Of a stretch of 64,000 bases of DNA, positions 61,966 to 64,000 are shown in pieces (positions within the stretch are counted from its first letter, which is position 1; each line of letters opens with the position of its first letter). Below the pieces are notes generated by a model. The model saw only the letters and a list, made by a program, of their open reading frames with translations. It was not told the origin of the DNA and made no database searches. The DNA is taken from NCBI GenBank assembly GCA_017456005.1, contig JAFTLJ010000096.1:1597-65596 (forward strand). The letters run 5' to 3'. Source of the stretch: Clostridia bacterium (GTDB taxonomy: Bacteria > Bacillota > Clostridia > Oscillospirales > CAG-272). Both the position numbers and the translations under genes were made by a program.

Positions 61966-62324
61966 TTGGCGCGATACTCCGATAAGAGTATCACGCCAGT
62001 TCTATTCGCCTCTCGGCGAGTTCTATTGCTTTGCAGTGATATTCGGCTTACGCCGAGTGATATTCGCTTCGCGAGTTTTGGAGGCGAATAGAATATCACT
62101 GTGAGGCGTAACCGAACAATATCACTGCCCGCAAGGGCAATATCACTCTTTGCGAAAGCAAAGAATATCACTCATAGACAGCAGAAAAAGAGAGAGTCTT
62201 ACGGAATTTTGCTTCCGCATGACTCTCCCTTCTGTTTTATCGCGCCAGTTTCGCATTTGTTTTACAAATGCATCGGGCTGCGCCCATACCCCTATCTTAA
62301 TTTATCCGATAAGAACATCACACA
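61966..62324. repeat. Composite palindromic element with AGTGATATT/AATATCACT hairpin array
   Basis: Four AGT(G/T)(A/C)TATT units and four AATATCACT units, mostly separated by short hairpins; nested in an 18-bp IR (61948-61965 / 62327-62344). Confidence 0.75.
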
Positions 62325-62465
62325 TTTTGTTCGTACTCCTTTTGAGTCTTTTTATAACATAGGAAATTGCGCGCAAATCGTGCGCAATTGCTTGTTCAAA
62401 AAAAGTTTTCCTTATGCAAAAATGCCCGATTTTCGGGCATTTTATAGTTGCCGAAGGCAACTTTT

Positions 62466-63536
62466 TTATTTTTTAAAAAGCTCTGAATATTCTTTGTAAT
62501 CACGAATTGTATTAAAACTTTTTCGTTTACACATTGCCTCAATATCATCTAAAAGCGTAGTATTTCCGGTATGACACCATTTGCGTGAGTCAATTGTTAA
62601 TTTATTGAAAAGCGGTGCGCTAAAAGCATATTCGCCGGGAGATATGCTATCCAATAAATCATATTCTTTTGCGTGGTATATTGATTTCTTTAAAAGCTCT
62701 ACAGCTTCATTTATATGCTGTTCCTTGGCTTCAATTTCAGCTTTGCGAAATTGAATGTGAGCCATTTCATAATGATAGCTGCAATAGTTTCCGTCGGGTA
62801 TCATAGCATTTATGATTTCTTCAGCGGCTTTGCAAGTATATTTATTTTCGGATATATTATTCCACAAAAGCGTGTCGATCAAAACCATAAAAGTTCCTTC
62901 CAAATAATGTTGTTTGTGCTTTATTTGCTCTTCTCCTTCCAAACACATTCCGAGCAATTTGTCTTTATCGGAAGGAATAATTTTTGCTTCGGGAAATAGA
63001 TCAACGTATTTTTTTGCTTCTTTTTTACACCCCTTGCCGCATAAGCATTGTACAATTCCCGTAATTGCGTCTACTTTGATTTTGTCATCGTCTGTGTTTT
63101 CAATAACGGTATCAAATAACCTAATTGCTTTCTCGCGCTCCTGTTCGTAGGCTTCACCATCGAGTTCCCCTATGTCACGGCACCAAACAGTCCATGCATA
63201 GTTATTTAGCCACTTCATATCACCGGGATATTCTTTCACGGCGGTTTCACACACATTGAGCCTGGCAAGCATATCACCATTTTTAAAGGTTTCGTCATAA
63301 TCAGCTTTCAATTCAGCATAACGCATATCATTGTTTTCGGGAATAGCTCCAAGTAATTCGTCGGTGGTAACGTTCAAAAGCTTTGCTAATGGAACGATCA
63401 ACGCAAGGTCCGGGCTTGACAAACCCGTTTCCCATTTGGAAACAGCCTGATACGATACGCATAGAAAATCAGCAAGTTTTTCTTGTGTTAAATCATTCTT
63501 TTTTCTTAATTGCTTAATTCTTTCGCCAATCGTCAT
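62466..63536 (-). CDS. XRE-family HTH transcriptional regulator with TPR-like C-terminal region
   Basis: MTIGERIKQLRKK..TQEKLADFLCVSYQAVSKWETG..PDL; 356 aa; same architecture as 1483-2538. Confidence 0.87.
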   Translation of the reverse strand: MTIGERIKQLRKKNDLTQEKLADFLCVSYQAVSKWETGLSSPDLALIVPLAKLLNVTTDELLGAIPENNDMRYAELKADYDETFKNGDMLARLNVCETAVKEYPGDMKWLNNYAWTVWCRDIGELDGEAYEQEREKAIRLFDTVIENTDDDKIKVDAITGIVQCLCGKGCKKEAKKYVDLFPEAKIIPSDKDKLLGMCLEGEEQIKHKQHYLEGTFMVLIDTLLWNNISENKYTCKAAEEIINAMIPDGNYCSYHYEMAHIQFRKAEIEAKEQHINEAVELLKKSIYHAKEYDLLDSISPGEYAFSAPLFNKLTIDSRKWCHTGNTTLLDDIEAMCKRKSFNTIRDYKEYSELFKK

Positions 63537-63766
63537 AAAATTACCTCGTAAAAATAATTGAATCCGGATTCTGTATTTATTATATCATACACCCAAATTC
63601 AATACAATAACTTGTTTTTTGACTTAAATGCAACTACCGGTTGAGCTTGAGAACAAAAACTTGACGCACTCGCTTTTTTGTATAAAGCAGATAAAAGGCT
63701 ATTGATTTTTGGCGTATAAAGTGGTATTATATTATATAAAGTTATTTTCGATTTTTGGGAGATGCT

Positions 63767-64000
63767 ATGAAGCAGAATAAAATAAAGGTCATATTGTTTG
63801 CTGCTATAGGCGCAATTTTGCTGTTGCTATTGATATTTTTTGCTTTTTCCTTGCTCGGCAGCGGAGGCAGTCTTCGCCATCAGCATAATTTCAAAGAAAT
63901 TGTAAGCTTCGATGCCGAAACACATAGCTTAAAGTGCAAATGCGGAAAAACGCAGGAAGCGGAGCACGTATACGGTGCCGAATACGAGCTGCAAACAGAA
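63767..64000 (+). CDS. Partial membrane-anchored protein with His/Cys motif (runs off window)
   Basis: SD GGGAG; MKQNKIKVILF..TM, then HQHNF..HSLKCKCG..EHVYG; no stop before the end. Confidence 0.65.
   Translation, partial: MKQNKIKVILFAAIGAILLLLLIFFAFSLLGSGGSLRHQHNFKEIVSFDAETHSLKCKCGKTQEAEHVYGAEYELQTE

Noticed and set aside
62101-62499. ORFs of 132-146 aa across the palindromic element
   Set aside because: No SD, translations reflect the repeat units, and no family motifs
61920-63690. ATAAAGCAG 9-bp direct repeat as a target duplication around the second XRE gene
   Set aside because: Short, AT-rich and plausible by chance; no other boundary evidence

Overview
Chromosomal segment of a spore-forming, low-GC Gram-positive bacterium (Bacillota, Clostridia; probably an uncultured Oscillospirales/Christensenellales-like gut organism, inferred from spoIIGA-sigE, hrcA/CIRCE, BspA lipoproteins and a ThiT/TPP riboswitch). 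Most of the window is housekeeping (rsmA, murD, rpmE, hflX, dnaG-rpoD, guaB, typA, tcdA, thiT-thiN, hrcA-grpE-dnaK-dnaJ-prmA, greA-lysS, three tRNAs) mixed with carbohydrate genes (fucI, two GH78-like rhamnosidases), surface lipoproteins and small accessory inserts. No prophage, CRISPR-Cas locus, integrase or classical IS is visible. The unexplained signals are almost all non-coding. (1) A ~670-nt minus-strand unit (about 53074 to 52400) has a consensus promoter and a terminator, no long ORF, six copies of AGGURYRYWCCAA, three SD-led tripeptide minigenes and a 10-codon ORF. (2) Two unrelated gene cassettes (1098-2636, 54242-55497) share the same asymmetric ends around a TTAGCGGAGAAA inverted repeat; one demonstrably split a perfect terminator hairpin, and the other has mismatched flanks. 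(3) REP palindromes are embedded in a RAYT reading frame. (4) An AGTGATATT/AATATCACT multi-hairpin element lies at ~62 kb. (5) A three-way-junction element ending in the tRNA-Leu 3' end follows tRNA-Leu. (6) A pseudoknot-capable 5' leader lies at 51.8 kb. All calls are by eye; no database searches were run.
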